A stretch of 64,000 bases of DNA from NCBI RefSeq assembly GCF_964204645.1, contig NC_134035.1, positions 9,394,451 through 9,458,450 on the forward strand, read 5' to 3'. This document shows positions 1 through 13,490 of this stretch, one piece after another. This stretch comes from Tubulanus polymorphus (lineage: Eukaryota > Animalia > Nemertea). The translations under genes were made by a program, and so were the position numbers. Position 1 is the stretch's first letter. Each line of letters opens with the position of its first letter. The notes under the pieces were generated by a model that ran no database searches, had not been told where the DNA came from, and saw nothing but the letters and a program-made list of their open reading frames with translations.

Positions 1-32
1 AATTAGCCGAAATATATACAAATATTACTTAC

Positions 33-49
33 GCGTAAACCGGGTCCAT
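33..49 (-). CDS. candidate alternative first coding exon (MDPVY+2 nt, phase 2) of an unidentified minus-strand gene
   Basis: Minus strand reads acgATGGACCCGGTTTACGC|GTAAGT: A at -3, G at +4, consensus donor at 32-27. The frame is also open back to a weak CAG acceptor at 91-89. Confidence 0.45.
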
Positions 50-533
50 CGTCAAACGGTCGGCGAGAATACAAGCAGCGATTTGAAGCTGTAACCGGCT
101 TCCTATATGCCGCTATATGTTAACAGGTGGATTATTTCCGTTTCGCGTTATAGTACACGTACCGGGAAGGTAATCGAGAAAGCCACGCTGGTATATATAC
201 ATATGATATATAAAGTTATCAATATCAATATATTATATGTTTGTAGATCCTGTTTATTATTATTATTATTCTTATTATTATAAGTAAAACTTTTATATTG
301 ATTCATAATATGATTAATTACACTGTGCAATACAATCTGATGGTGGAGTTGTTAATTTATTGATGTATCGTGATGATAATGAGTATTCTGTATTACGCTA
401 TCACCAGTTACAATTCAAATGTTATCTTGTTTTAGTTGCGCTACCTAAATAACCTACTGTACGAAGCTCTAAGCGCGAGTTTTAACGGGAATTCTAGAAA
501 ATGCTATAGCTTGGTTTTCAGAACTCCCACCAG

Positions 534-611
534 GGCTTGGTTTTCGCGAACGGGGGTTAATTAGCCATAAAACCCGCGTTATGGACTTAATCCCGTTAGT
601 GAAACCCGGCC
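534..611. mobile_element. short PIF/Harbinger-like MITE
   Basis: Imperfect TIRs GGCTTGGTTTTCGCGAACGGG / CCCGTTAGTGAAACCCGGCC, flanked by CAG and CTG (CWG-type site). Followed at ~629-700 by a decayed fragment similar to the interior of the 7021-7158 element. Confidence 0.5.
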
Positions 612-884
612 CTGGGCTGTAGAATTGTGACTTAAGTTCAAAAGCAGTCTCAAAACTGAAAACTGGTCATAATTTGTTTGTTCGACTATAGAACTAAGAT
701 CTAAAATCTTCGTCTTAATTCTAATACATATATATTATATATTCTGCGATATAAGCTTTGACACTGCTCCTGGGCAACACTGAGAGTCGCGATACCGTCG
801 AGGATGTAGACATTAAACGTGCTTTCGCGACTGGCCTGTAACGGTATTTTCAATGTCAAAGGGATGTACACGTCGCTTTCTTCT

Positions 885-1305
885 TCCCTCTCCCTCTCCC
901 TCTCCCTCTCCCTCTCCCTCTCCCTCTCCCTCTCCCTCTCCCTCTCCCTCTCCCTCTCCCTCTCCCTCTCCCTCTCCCTCTCCCTCTCCCTCTCCCTCTC
1001 CCTCTCCCTCTCCCTCTCCCTCTCCCTCTCCCTCTCCCTCTCCCTCTCCCTCTCCCTCTCCCTCTCCCTCTCCCTCTCCCTCTCCCTCTCCCTCTCCCTC
1101 TCCCTCTCCCTCTCCCTCTCCCTCTCCCTCTCCCTCTCCCTCTCCCTCTCCCTCTCCCTCTCCCTCTCCCTCTCCCTCTCCCTCTCCCTCTCCCTCTCCC
1201 TCTCCCTCTCCCTCTCCCTCTCCCTCTCCCTCTCCCTCTCCCTCTCCCTCTCCCTCTCCCTCTCCCTCTCCCTCTCCCTCTCCCTCTCCCTCTCCCTCTC
1301 CCTCT
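885..1305. repeat. (TCCCTC)n hexanucleotide microsatellite, about 70 copies
   Basis: Directly visible, uninterrupted 421-bp polypyrimidine/polypurine tract. Confidence 0.99.
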
Positions 1306-1313
1306 GTAGGTAG

Positions 1314-1546
1314 AACAAGAGCGCCGCGGAGAAGTTGTTTGAGTACGCGCGGTCAATGATGAGAGTAAGAGATGAATCAGATGCTCTATATTGGACAGAT
1401 ATAATGGAACGATCGATCAGTTTTACTCAATTGATAGATAAACGCGATGGTTTAAAAACAAGCTCTGAAGCGCACGAGGAAGATGAACTACTATCTCACA
1501 TATATGTGTATTTAAACTCGGTATACAGCTTTATTGAGACAGGGAG
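1314..1546 (+). CDS. candidate exon or coding relic (77 codons, [11 protein letters not shown]...ALYWTD...FIETG)
   Basis: Open frame between TAG (1311-1313, just after the pyrimidine tract) and a consensus donor GAG|GTGAGT at 1547; peptide looks protein-like. No partner exon identified. Confidence 0.3.
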
Positions 1547-2028
1547 GTGAGTTCGGATATTCGTTCTGTACTCGACTCGTTTCTAGCTTAGAAATCCAGT
1601 TGGAGATGAGATTACGTCGAACACGTATATGAAATCCCGCCGGGTTATCTCGGTGTACATCGAATAGGATGACTGTTTATTCAGACGATTAATTATATTG
1701 AAATTTCTAAACGGATGAATTGTCATTGGAATATCTATTACCGGGTTTTGAACAAACATTCCAACACGAAACAAAAGCATTCCACAAAACTAAGTTTACG
1801 TAGAGCTAGTATTTATTTGAATGTTGTTATTAGTTCCGTTTAGTGCGGTTTCCTCGAATTTCAGTTCGTCCCGAATAGAAAAAACTGTCGATATTTCTGT
1901 TTTCAAACTTAAGAAAGAGTTTGCCGCACTGGAAGTGAAAAAACCGCCACTTACGTAAAGATATTTTTCTTAGTGTATTTTAGTGATTAATGAAGCCGGG
2001 TGTTTGTTGTGCGGTTTGAAGCATGTAC

Positions 2029-2032
<4 letters not shown>

Positions 2033-2074
<42 letters not shown>
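2033..2074. repeat. (CT)n microsatellite
   Basis: About 20 CT units with two interruptions. Confidence 0.95.
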
Positions 2075-2483
2075 GGGAGATCTTGCTAATTTTCACCATC
2101 ATTTTCGAGCAATGTATTCGCTAAATATCCGGGCCTGGTTTCCCTTGTGAAATTGAGCGTATAACACCGAAACAATAACCAAAATACCCGATCTATAGAT
2201 AGATAGATAGAATGGGTATCCACTACACAGCTGGCTTACAGTAAAGCGAAGATAATTAGGCGTTTAAGTATCGTTCATTAACTACAATTAGCAGCTAGAC
2301 ATATCACATCACATCGAATTCAATCAAAATATGCTTATCATTCAATAGCATAGAATAGCCGGAACAAAATGACCCATGATCATTGACGTGATATAGGATG
2401 TATGACCACCACATTGTTTTGGAAGGGACGGTTCGAGCTCCAGTCGCATTGTTCAGTTTTTGCAACGTAGATCACATGGACGA

Positions 2484-2809
2484 CACGCGCTGACACGGAG
2501 ACGATTTGGCCCGGGCCAAATTGGCACGGATCAGGCTCGGGCCTAATTAGAGAGCGCGTTCACACGCAAACCATTCACTCGATACTAAACAATGCCCAAA
2601 CAAAGCAAAGTGGGTGAATTCCAGTGCCAGTTGCAATTCAAACGCAATCATTTGGCTGGTGCTAAAATTTGGCTCGGGCCTGGTTAGACGTTTTTGGTCG
2701 GGCCAAATTTGGCTCGGGCCAAACAGGCTCGGGCCCATTTGGTACCGGTGTGAACAGTTATTCCAGGCCAAATTTGGCCCGGGCCAAAAATGCTCGTGTG
2801 ATCGTGGCT
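2484..2809. mobile_element. GC-rich MITE with internal TTTGGCCCGGGCCAAA palindromes
   Basis: Degenerate inverted ends (GACACGGAGACGATTTGGCCCGGGCCAAATT vs AATTTGGCCCGGGCCAAAAATGCTCGTGTG) and at least six GGC(C/T)CGGGCC motifs inside. Confidence 0.65.
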
Positions 2810-3245
2810 TTTGTTTTAGAATCCACGGGTTTGTTCAAGCTACCACGCGGATGCCAATGTTTTGGAAGGCGGATGAGTCGAACCCCACTCGCAGTGTTCC
2901 GTTTCTGGTAAGGGGATATGATGGTAGATCGGACTCTTCCTTTCAGAGTCCACTGGTGCAAACTCAAGCTACCACGCAGATACCAATGGTATTTTTAATC
3001 AAGAATTGCTTACTAAGTTTATCAGTAATCCGAAACCCAAAATGTTCGATTCCCGGGAATAAGTGGATTTTTGAGAATGAGATGTTTGTTGCGAATTATC
3101 AATCGGCTCGGCGTAAAAAGTGCCAGGTGTAAATCGCGCATATACGGGAAGTGTATATGGGAAAATAGTGTTTATGAAAATAATATCCATTCGACACCTT
3201 TTTAGATAAAGTAGCGATAAAAACCGACACGCACAAAGTACTCAC

Positions 3246-3301
3246 GTTTTATCAACCGAACTGAAGTAGTTGTGATTCTTGCGGTAGTTGTAACTATCCA
3301 T
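3246..3301 (-). CDS. candidate alternative first coding exon (MDSYNYRKNHNYFSSVDK+2 nt, phase 2)
   Basis: aacATGG start context, in-frame stop upstream, 56 nt open, ends AC|GTGAGT. Confidence 0.5.
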
Positions 3302-5753
3302 GTTAGTTTATGCCTGGCTTGTTACCTGTTTCCGATCGCGGGTACTATAGAACGTCGAGACTATGAATGCACGATTTCATTCCGCGTTGCGCTGAAGTTT
3401 ACCATTCGTTCTCCGGGGAAACTTATATCTCGGACGTCTTTCATTCTCGGGACTTTATTTATATATATTTCGAATAGGTTGAGTCTCACAACATTCGAAT
3501 CAACGTTTAGCTCGCTGTTCTGCTATAGATTTGTCGATCGAATTCTTAAAAGTAATGGCTAAACAATAATCGATGAACCTGTGGCTTGTAAGTTAATAGT
3601 ATTCAAATGCTATTGACGTGAAGTTTTTATTAGCGCTTAGAAAGAAAATTGAATGTTTCGGACACGATAGCTGGTTTCTATAGAAAAGTGGCTGTCTAAT
3701 TCAATTGAAGAAAATCCCAGATATAAGGAAAAAGTATTTGACGTTTTGAAAACGGCTCATCGAATTGAATCGAAACGTCAAAACTACGATAGTTTTTCTT
3801 CATATTCTGAGTGAGGTCTTCTGCTAACGATAGCTCGTAGGAGTAGTTAGCGCAGATTCCTGTTTTTTTTTGTCTTAAAAAACGTCCATTATCGTACAAT
3901 ATCTCGTTTGGATTCGTACTATATACTCAGCGGTTTGAAACAACCTGCATTTTGTTTGTTTTCTAAAGGTTTCGGGATTATTTATCGGCTGAAATCTACA
4001 GCGCAACGGTTTTATCGTCGTTTCTATACTCTTGTCTCGTTCGTTATAAACCCGGCACATACGGATTATCATTCTTCTCGCAGTATCAACATTCCGAGCG
4101 AAATAAGAGAACGAGCAGATAACGCGTTGTCTACGAAAATGTTCACAGATACGTTTTACGTGCTTCGGAGTATTCACGCAAGATGAGCGTCGCTACAGGA
4201 TGTCTAATTTTTTTCAAATATGAGATGTCTGAAGGCCAAATTACAAGACTCGAATAAATGTTATTTGGTCCCAAAATGCAAATCAGTTGAAATCACTCAC
4301 TTTATGTCGGAGAGCTATTTTCTTCCCTATTCCCGACTGGAAATCGACGATAACATGTCAACAGACGTATTAGAAAAATAAACCCGAAATATTTCAGTTC
4401 TTTTTTTTTAAATCAAGTAGATGTTGATTTAATTTTTCCGTTTACAGAAATCCATTCTCAACTCGTGCAGTTTTCGGAAAAAGACTGGAAATCCGACGTA
4501 TCCGAAGTCGGACTATTTTCTAAGTCGGAGGATATTTCTTGGTCCCAATAGATCCGACAAGCGCAAGGTTTAATGTATTTAAGGGTTTGTTGTACAGTGA
4601 AATTCGAATCAAAATTGATTCAATTGATGCTGGACACGATATATAAGCGATTAACCATTCTTAGCTGATGGCTTCACTACAAATAAGTTAAGAACCCGGT
4701 TTCATAAAAAAGGCTATACCGCTAAATCTATTTAAGATTCACGATGCAGTCTTTGGGGGAGCTAGGTGCAGATATTTTCCTGTCTATTACGTCAACTATC
4801 CACTGGTTAACCTTACTGACTTTTGAACAACTGGCTCCTGAACGTTAGCGAAACGAGAACCGTACTGCATGATCAGTCGGATAGATGGCTCACTGATGCA
4901 GTCGATCACTCGCCGGAGAGACGATGATGGCTGTCGTACGGATAAAGACGCTCGACAACGTTAGTGTCTATTATAGAACCAGAAACACTCGCATCTCCCT
5001 CTTCGCGCGTTGTACTCATCAGTTAGGGCATATTCCGTCTACATGTTCATGAACTTATAAACTAGACTTGAATAAATCTAGGCGGCAATTATTTTAAAAC
5101 CGATCATCATTAAAACCGATTTTATGTGCAATATGGATGATTCATAGATAATAATATGATAGCTACTTAACTCAACATGATATGCTTTGGTTGTGTTATT
5201 GCATCAAGAAGTAATCGGATTCTCCTTTAACAAACAGCTTCAGAAAACGTTAAAATAAACTAGCGACCAGACATCGATGTAAATAACTAAGAACTTGTAG
5301 TCGGGAAATGTTTATAGTTATCCAATATTGTAAAGGGCATTTAGCGCTTCCAAAACATATAGGAAAGGCGCTGTTGACAAAGTGCTTTGATGTACGCTCT
5401 TCAATGTACTCGGATAATCCAGTACGTCCTCTATATTTAGAGTTAATTTCCTGCAGATTGGTCGAGCCAGGATGTCATCACGGTCTTTATCCCGTTGAAG
5501 AGTCGAGTAATCGGGAAATTGTCTCGCGCCGTAAAATGCACATTAAATAACACTTAAACCGCGGCGTGTTGTACTTCTAGGAGATGTTAATTGCGTGGAT
5601 TCAATAGCTACAGTTAACCCCCGTCTCATCCCCGGTGGATTTACCGTTTACGCGTACCGTCAACCCTATTTGGTCAGGTCAAAATGGTAACCGCCGTTAA
5701 GTCAACAGATATCGTTACCACTACGCCCGGGTAAGATTACATGGTATATTAAC

Positions 5754-5835
5754 CTGAAGACGACTATCAGGAAATAGTCGAAATAAACTAAACGCGAAAG
5801 GAACATTTTCGGATTCTCTTTTGTTGTCGTCTTCA
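5754..5835 (+). mobile_element. Penelope-like terminal relic (family A) with truncated hammerhead
   Basis: CTGAAGA-C-GACTAT-caggaa-ATAGTC-GAAA then straight to TAAA (stem III and cleavage site deleted); downstream similar to other family A copies. Confidence 0.6.
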
Positions 5836-6762
5836 GCGTATAGCATTTTCAATATTAGTTCTGTTTCTAAAACTGTCATCGCTTTTTCTTGAAAATAGCC
5901 GAATTGTCGCTAATACCTCGTATATAAGTTACAAAAACTAGTTGAAAGTCAAATCTTCATCCTTTACTTTTTGACACTCAAATGAGATCCTCAATTGCAA
6001 GCCCCATGCATCGGCACTAATCACCTCATCCGGGCCCAAGTGGGGGTGGAGGGGGGGGGGAGTACTGAATCGGCTTTTTCACAAAAGAATAAATCTTTAG
6101 ATTCCACTTTTTTACAGTATTTATATAAACCCGACAGTGCAGCAGTAAAACGAACGACATGGAGTCTGGTTTCATATTCTCACGAAGTTGTCTGTGCGGG
6201 TGAATAATTAATCTAGCGCTATCAACAAGTTGAAAACTGATATCTACTTCGGCGCAGGGAAGCTTTGCAACGACATATCATTTTAAACGGCTTTTATTTA
6301 CGATTTATATCGATGAGGTTGGCGAGCGGGCACTTCATCTTATAAGCGCGCCTGAGAGCTCGCATCGATGTCAAATTTATCTCGAATTTCATCGCGCGAG
6401 ACGCGCTGGTTTTAACTTATTGCGTTTCTCGCCGAATCTGACAAGTCCGGGTAAAAATATCACACAAGCGCCGGTGATATATGAATTTACTGTCAAATGA
6501 CGGTTTGTGTGTTTTTCATACCGACTGTCACAACAGCCACGACTGTCATATCGAATGGAGCGTCATCCACGCGCGACGATGGTAGAAATGGCGGAAATGT
6601 AGGTCCAGTATACTGACACCCAACTTAATAACACGCAACTTACAGACAACAAACCAAAAATCGACATAAAGATTGACATAATACACCATCACGAATTTCT
6701 GAAGGGATTGTTTCACATAACGATTTAAAAGTTGGCAAAAATACGTTGGTTTTAGTAATAAT

Positions 6763-7403
6763 GATATGCCTTTGAAATTTCTAATTTCAACTGGATTTCG
6801 TTAGAAAATCGCAGGGATAAGTTTCATAGATTTATAGAAGTTATCATCACTCTATACGACTATAGTAGAATGACCATATACTGAATCGTGGGGAATAGAT
6901 GATGATATGATAAAAACCCACTGCGTACATGATTAAAAGTTTTGAAACCGTGAATTCATTCGATCAAAAATGAAAATCGACACGATGTTTCGAAATCTCA
7001 CTAGAGATCATCGTCAGCAGGGGCCGGTTCCTCAGTTAAGATTTAAGTCCAAAAATATCCTTAAATTTTAAAGCTGGTCTTAAGTTGTTAGATTGGCTAT
7101 AGAACTAAGATGGTCTTGAATTGGTATTAAGTCTAAGCCATGACTATGGAACTGGGCCCAGGTGTATTTCTATTTTTGTTTGAATAAATTCTTTGTTTAA
7201 AAAAAACAAACTTTTACATCTATCTGTACATAGTGGGTTTTTATCATATCATCTATTTGCCTGAGGTTATTCTACTAAAGTCATAATATATATTACAATT
7301 ATGATGACTTATTGAGGAAAGGTAATATGTATCCAGTCATTCTATGAAACTTGTTTCTGCGATTTCTGAATGAAGACCAATAGATTGGAAATTTCAAATA
7401 CAT
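6763..7403. mobile_element. old TIR element with ~170-bp degenerate inverted arms, containing a younger MITE
   Basis: 6763-6930 is the decayed reverse complement of ~7225-7403 (e.g. GATGATATGATAAAAACCCACT vs AGTGGGTTTTTATCATATCATC). Confidence 0.6.
7021..7158. mobile_element. PIF/Harbinger-like MITE
   Basis: TIR GGGCCGGTTCC / GGAACTGGGCC with CAG duplicated on both sides. Confidence 0.75.
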
Positions 7404-9499
7404 GGGCTAAATAGATCTGTGCCATTCAGAGCGGAATCGCTCGTTATCTACGCTATATCGGTCTTCGTTTGCTTTATTTTTTACCACAGACACTCGGTTC
7501 ACTGCTAAAGGGTTATACTGGAAAGGTTCCATTTGAAGTGAGCAAATCGTTTTTAATTGCGTGCTTCAGAGAGCTAACTTCCGACGAAACTTATTACGCA
7601 CCCAGTTACCACTCGGCTGAAACCGCTTCGGATTTCGGTCTGTTTTTGTCGGTAATTTTTTTCAATAACAGAAAACCGAGGGTATATCGTGATTACGTAC
7701 AGAACGCGAACGCTTCGTACAGAGCTAACTGCAGATCCTTCTGATCGTACAAATAAATACGACCACATGCAATCGCGTGCAAAATATGTGAAGTAACCTG
7801 TACAGCAGAAAGGATGATATTTGAAACGTGCCCATTCTGATGCGGAGACGGCTAAAATGTCTGTGCTAGTATCATTGAAATTGAAATAAATTTTCATTGA
7901 AAGGGAAATTTTTGGACGTTATTGCTTAAGGAAGAAAAATGTAACAAGATAATCGAGCTACACGGAAAGACTTAAACAGTTTAGGCCGTATCACCCCCAC
8001 ACCACATTTATCATTGCCACAAATCACAAGTACGCAAGTATCAAACTTGAAAGAGATGGCGTGTATCCCCGAAAGAGCGTCAGCCACTTGGGCACTTCTA
8101 GGTTAATCTCGCCTTGTATAAATCTGTTTTGTATAAGCGAACCTTCAAAGTGGATGACACCATACACATCCCATTGATTACTAAAGCCCGTGAAACACGG
8201 GGCGAATCAGGCAATCTCCGTTAGAAATTCGGCGATGATAATATCTATAGCATGTTTGATTCGTACGAATCGATTTGCTGACTAGAAAATTCATATCACG
8301 TCCCGTATGGCACACTATGCAAAATCCGGCGAAAATCGAACAACTCGAACTTTGGTTATCAGATTTTTGTCTATAAGACTATATGGGATTGAGTGGGTCG
8401 AGCACGGGATTGAGCACGTCGCTTTAGTTCGGGCCTAGTTCAAAGATGGCCGCCACTATGAAATGCGTAACGACCGAAATAAGCGCGTTCTTTTGGTTCC
8501 GGCCACTAGTCGACCAGCTAGAAACTGAAGTTCGTCCAGTCTGTCACAGGCAATGCGCATCCCATTCACACCGACTCTTAAAGTGCCTGAATACAATAAA
8601 CCAGTGTTAACCATTATCACATGCTGCATATTTACGATATCATTTCGGATTTTTTTTTACGATCCGCGATTTTATTAATGATAACGATATATCGCTGACG
8701 AGACGAGCGATACGTGAACGGTGAGAGTGTGCTAATTAGTAGAACATCAATCATCGTTTACGTCGTTACAACGGTTCTCGAGTAAATGAAGACGCGCCGC
8801 CGTTCGATCTAATACAGTTCCGTTCCAAAATAAACAGTTATCACTGCATCGTTAACGACTGTGTGTACATATCAATTCAGACGGGGATTTTTTTTCCTAA
8901 GCCCGATTTGTTTTTCGATCAACCCGGCGCAACGCGTTCGCGTTACTAAACTGCCTCTGAATTCGTATAGATTTGATGAGGATAAATGCAACACGGCATC
9001 GCGGGATACTCTAGGAGATCATTCAGTCTTTAACTCAAGGATTTTCGAACAGGGCTTTTCAAAGTGCTCTTCTGGTCATCCGCAAGAAATATCTTAAGAA
9101 TTGGTCTGTTTTTTATGCATTTTAGGCAATGCTTAAGAATCCCATACTTTTAAGATATACCTTGTACTTTGAAATGTGGCAATGAAAATCCGAAAATTAA
9201 TAATACGGTAGGAATTTTTCTATGGAGGGGAGTGCTGCAGCACCCAAACCACCCCCCCTCCCGCTGCAGGATCCGCACCTGTGTACTGCTATAATACGCA
9301 TGTACTATAGAATATCTGTTCCATGCTCGGAAGGAAAATGTTGACCCCATATAAAGCAAAACTATGTCTTCGTCGTTCCTTCAATTTTTCTTAATGATGA
9401 TTTCTACATGCGGACCACGAAGCCTTATGCCTGGTCCGCAACACCCGAGTGACGGATGACGTCATAACCAAGAAACTTACTTGAAGGTTTATTGACGCC

Positions 9500-9809
9500 G
9501 TTTAGAAATAACGCATAATATCATCGATATGAATTATTTAATCAAGAATTGTAAAATATTCAGAATCGATAAAGTTAATTTGAATTTATTGATAATTGAA
9601 TTGAATTGACAGGCAACCAGTCTAGCCCCGATATATTGGAGACGTAGTGCACATTCTCTCAAAGATGATTACTGAAATTTATCAAATATAAAATGAAGAG
9701 TTATGAAATATACCTTATGACAAATTAAACGCCAAAATTCACAATTGTAATTGTTATTTTGAAACGCCAATATTGATGACGTAGTGCACATCGACTTACA
9801 CAGAACCCC
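9500..9809 (-). mobile_element. interspersed repeat, possibly a Kolobok-like DNA transposon end
   Basis: Reverse complement of 46281-46510 (shared GTCGATGTGCACTACGTCATCAATATTGGCGTTT and TAGACTGGTTGCC); ends GAACCCC|TTAA. Confidence 0.6.
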
Positions 9810-12753
9810 TTAAATAACGCGTAGTATATATCAATACCAATTCTAACGGTTTTTACGGCGTCGGAAAACTATTGGAATCGGGTATTTGGTAATAAAGTGA
9901 GTGAATAGATATAAATGAACGTCTGGGGTTGAGATGGACGAGACGAGATTATTCTCTCTACTGCGCAGTCGAAATAAAACACTTGGTAATGTCTGAACGT
10001 GTTTATAGACAGCAACCATTGACGCATTGTAAACGGGAATCAATCACGTCACTGGGGAATGGTTTCCAGAGCACTTTTATTGTATCGAATTAATTATAAT
10101 TTGATAGTTGGCATGGTGATAGTTCGGCGATTTGTGTCTGGTGTGTATTAGAATCGATCAAACCGCACCTGTCTATAGTCTGGCTGACGATATCGAGTAG
10201 AGAGTATTTTATGTCGCCGCGCTGATGCAGAATAAAAAATAACAACAACAACGTTAAGGAACGATCGACTTATTTTACACGGTGCGGATAAGCCATCTTC
10301 GCGTCGGGTTCGAAAATCAGACGAGTCTTCGGTGGGGCCAAGGAAGAAAAAAACATCGAGAACGGGTTATGGGGGATTCCGAAGGGAGTCCGGATTCCCC
10401 CTAAATTAGCGCGGGGTAAATGTCAGCCTAAAAAAAAACTCCGATTGACCCTTTCCCACGAAAAATCTATATGCGATAGCTCTCTCTTCATAGTATAGAT
10501 GAATACCCCGCTAGATAATGATATTATAACAGTAACGAAAGCAAGCGTCCAAAGGATTCCTGTCTTCGGAGCTTGGTGGATCGGGCGTACGGAGGTGTGG
10601 CGGGTGCGAACCGGCAATCGACCGGCAATGGCGGTATTCGCGAACACCCGAGTATAAGCTGGCGTTACGTAAGTTCATTTGTAATGGAGAGTCCTTATTC
10701 GCGAAACGCTGAATTAATTTACGGATACGGTCCTAGACTGCAAGCAGTGACACAAATCTAAAAATAGAATAGAAATGACATGATACGACGCGTTTCCCGA
10801 ACTTCCAGTACTCCCGAGAGACTGTCGTCATTTATGGAGACATTGTCACCGTCGTGTTCATTCCGATGTATATTTATTCAAATCGCGTTCTACCGCGTTT
10901 TTTTTTCTATATGAATTTCGCGCTCTTACACCACGAATGCCTGAACTCGATTGAATTGTAAATAAATTCTTTAAAGTGAAAGTTCGACATCGATACCGCG
11001 CGTGACTGAATTTTAGAATAAAGAAAAAAGATCCGATTTCTAGAAAACCTAAGCGAGCATCAACGCCGCAGATGCAGCTCTCCTATACGACAAATACTTC
11101 AGGTGAAATCGTCGGCGGCGAGTTCCACTTGTGCGCGTAATTCTAGTCCACTTTACCGATACGAATTAATTCGGCGGTTGATTTTTACGCGGAAACCCGA
11201 CAAACACGAACACTGAAGATATTTGGAGAATTACACGCACTCGGAGCGACATGACGAATGACGCATTGCGTAACTCTGAAGCTAATTAGTCATTAAACGA
11301 AAAATGTATTAATTCGTAAAACGTAATTTGTAAAACTTAATTCGTAATGTCGCTTCAGGGCTTGATACACTACTCAAAGCGTCATCGCCCTTCCGGTAAG
11401 CCTATACGCCGGTCTAAAATAAAACCTGTTGATGATGCGACGTGACGAAGAAATTCTAGAAGTCGACGAGACAAAAAATCACCGTCTGCTCATAGATATG
11501 CGGCGTATACATACATGATCGCGTATGGAGATAATGATGCGTATTGGATGAAGGGAGCGGGTAATCAGAGTTGGAGAGCGGAGAGAGACGGAGAGCGCTA
11601 TCAAGCAGATATATGCGAATAACTCGACTATAAATGACTTTCCAAAACAACTAGACAAGTAGAAGTAATACGTCCGTTTCATATCGATATATAGTGTTCG
11701 GTCTCATCACTCTATCCTCTACTATCATTCTCAATCTCTCCCTCCGCCCACTTATCTACCTCTCCGTCAGGCTTTATTGGCAGGAGACCTTATCTATTTT
11801 TCTTAAATATTGGGATACACTTTGTACAGATTTCCTATAAATCCAATCATGAAAAATGCTCGAGAATGCAACGTCATATTCTAGAGCAATGCCAGCTGTA
11901 GAATTTGACTCGTCTTACAACGGACATGATGATGATAATAGTGATAATAATAATCATTATCATTTCCACAATAAATTACGACATGTCATAAAACGTTATA
12001 CACAATGCAAAATATGAGATTTCTTAAGATAATGTGGTCCTGAAACTCCCCCTCCATCATTGCTTATTCAAAAAGCTTTTACTTTTCTGCTGCTTTTAAG
12101 TTTTTAAGAGAACGGCTAGGTAGAGAAGGTTCCGCCAAGTCGACCTTTGAAATTCCCCGACCTTCATCCCGAGCGCATTAAGATAACGTAACGCTTGCTT
12201 TTTTTCCCCACTTGAATTCACGTAATTTAAAAAGCACACATTACAAAAAATGCAAAAGCAGTACTATACAGATAACACAAAGGGAAGGGATTATGATTAC
12301 CATAGCAACGGCTCCACGTTGTATGACGACATTAGTCGCCGGAAGATTTTAGATCTTGGAGCCGTGCTGAGCTTTATACGCCGGCGCAAACATTTTGAAA
12401 GTGGTATATTATCATCATAACTTTAAATTCGTCTATGCAGTGGACTTCGATGTTAGATCGCTTGGAGACATTATTCGTGGACTGAGACGACCGTTTGTAC
12501 AGCTGTCGTATTCCCGCCACGTTATAAATCCGGCAAAATGCCGTTATATCACACAGAATCGAGAGATCGGCTTGTTTTTAAATTAAATGCGCTATTGTCG
12601 CAATTTGTTCAAGAGCTTATTTCATGGCTGTCGGCAGTTCGAAGATTTCGATTAAACATCGGTAATGATGCTTTTAACCCTTATTCCGTATAGAATATTT
12701 AGATTTTGAGAACGTTCTGTCTTATAGGAATTACTGAATGCTAACTATCCGCT

Positions 12754-12825
12754 GACTCCGTGGCGCAATGGTAGCGCGTCTGACTCCAGATCAGAAGGCT
12801 GCGTGTTCGAATCACGTCGGGGTCA
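12754..12825 (+). tRNA. trnW-CCA: tRNA-Trp (anticodon CCA)
   Basis: 72-nt cloverleaf: acceptor GACTCCG/CGGGGTC, D stem GCGC/GCGC, anticodon stem TCTGA/TCAGA with CCA at 12786-12788, T arm GCGTG-TTCGAAT-CACGT; TTTT terminator at 12843; no encoded CCA tail (eukaryotic type). Confidence 0.98.
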
Positions 12826-13449
12826 AGGTAGTCGAAATTTGCTTTTGTTGTGAGAAAATTTTTGTTTTTTCGAAGCGTACTTTTAATCACCCCCATACAA
12901 ATAAGTTCGAATCGCGTATAAACTTCCGTCCACTTAACTCAGGGAATCCAGCCAGCCAGGGAATCCAGGCTGAAGAGAGGGGTTCACCTGGAAAAGGCCA
13001 CTGTCGTCTAGAACCGAAGGAGTGGTGCGCTCGCAACCAGTACTGTGGGGTTTTCCCCTTGAACATTAAGGCACATTTTTGCAATTATAGAGAATATTCA
13101 TCACTGCTTAAAACGGTACTGTGGACTTTCATCATAAGTCAATGTCCGGGGGAATTTTTCAACCGTGACTTTCAAAAGGACGCTTGATTAGAATAGGGGG
13201 TTCGAACCCCGAACCCCCTCTGGGTCCGCCCACGAAAGATAGACGTTTAATCAGAATCTTACCCATCCCGCAATGACTGGTTGACGACTGTATTTCTTCA
13301 CGGTAAAGAATAAGTAATGGCATTTCCTTTATGAATTGAACCGGGCTTATTCCGTGTACAAAACATCTAAGGGTCTATGCGTTGGGATAGTTATACAGAA
13401 CAAAATTACGCTTCGAGCTTTTAAATTTAGTAACTAGCGATGAGCGGTT

Positions 13450-13490
13450 GACTCCGGGCGCAATGGCGTGTTCGAATCACGTCGGGGTTA
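13450..13490 (+). pseudogene. tRNA-Trp pseudogene lacking the D-arm 3' half, anticodon arm and variable loop
   Basis: GACTCCG-GGCGCAATG-GCGTGTTCGAATCACGTCGGGGTTA equals the tRNA minus a 30-nt internal deletion, a 1-nt deletion and one C>T; T-run follows. Confidence 0.92.

Noticed and set aside
701-1359. Four long ORFs (poly-RE, -SL, -PS, -RG)
   Set aside because: They are translations of the stop-free hexamer microsatellite.
2547-3132. Overlapping ORFs up to 172 aa
   Set aside because: They span a GC-rich palindromic MITE and a local duplication; no recognisable protein.
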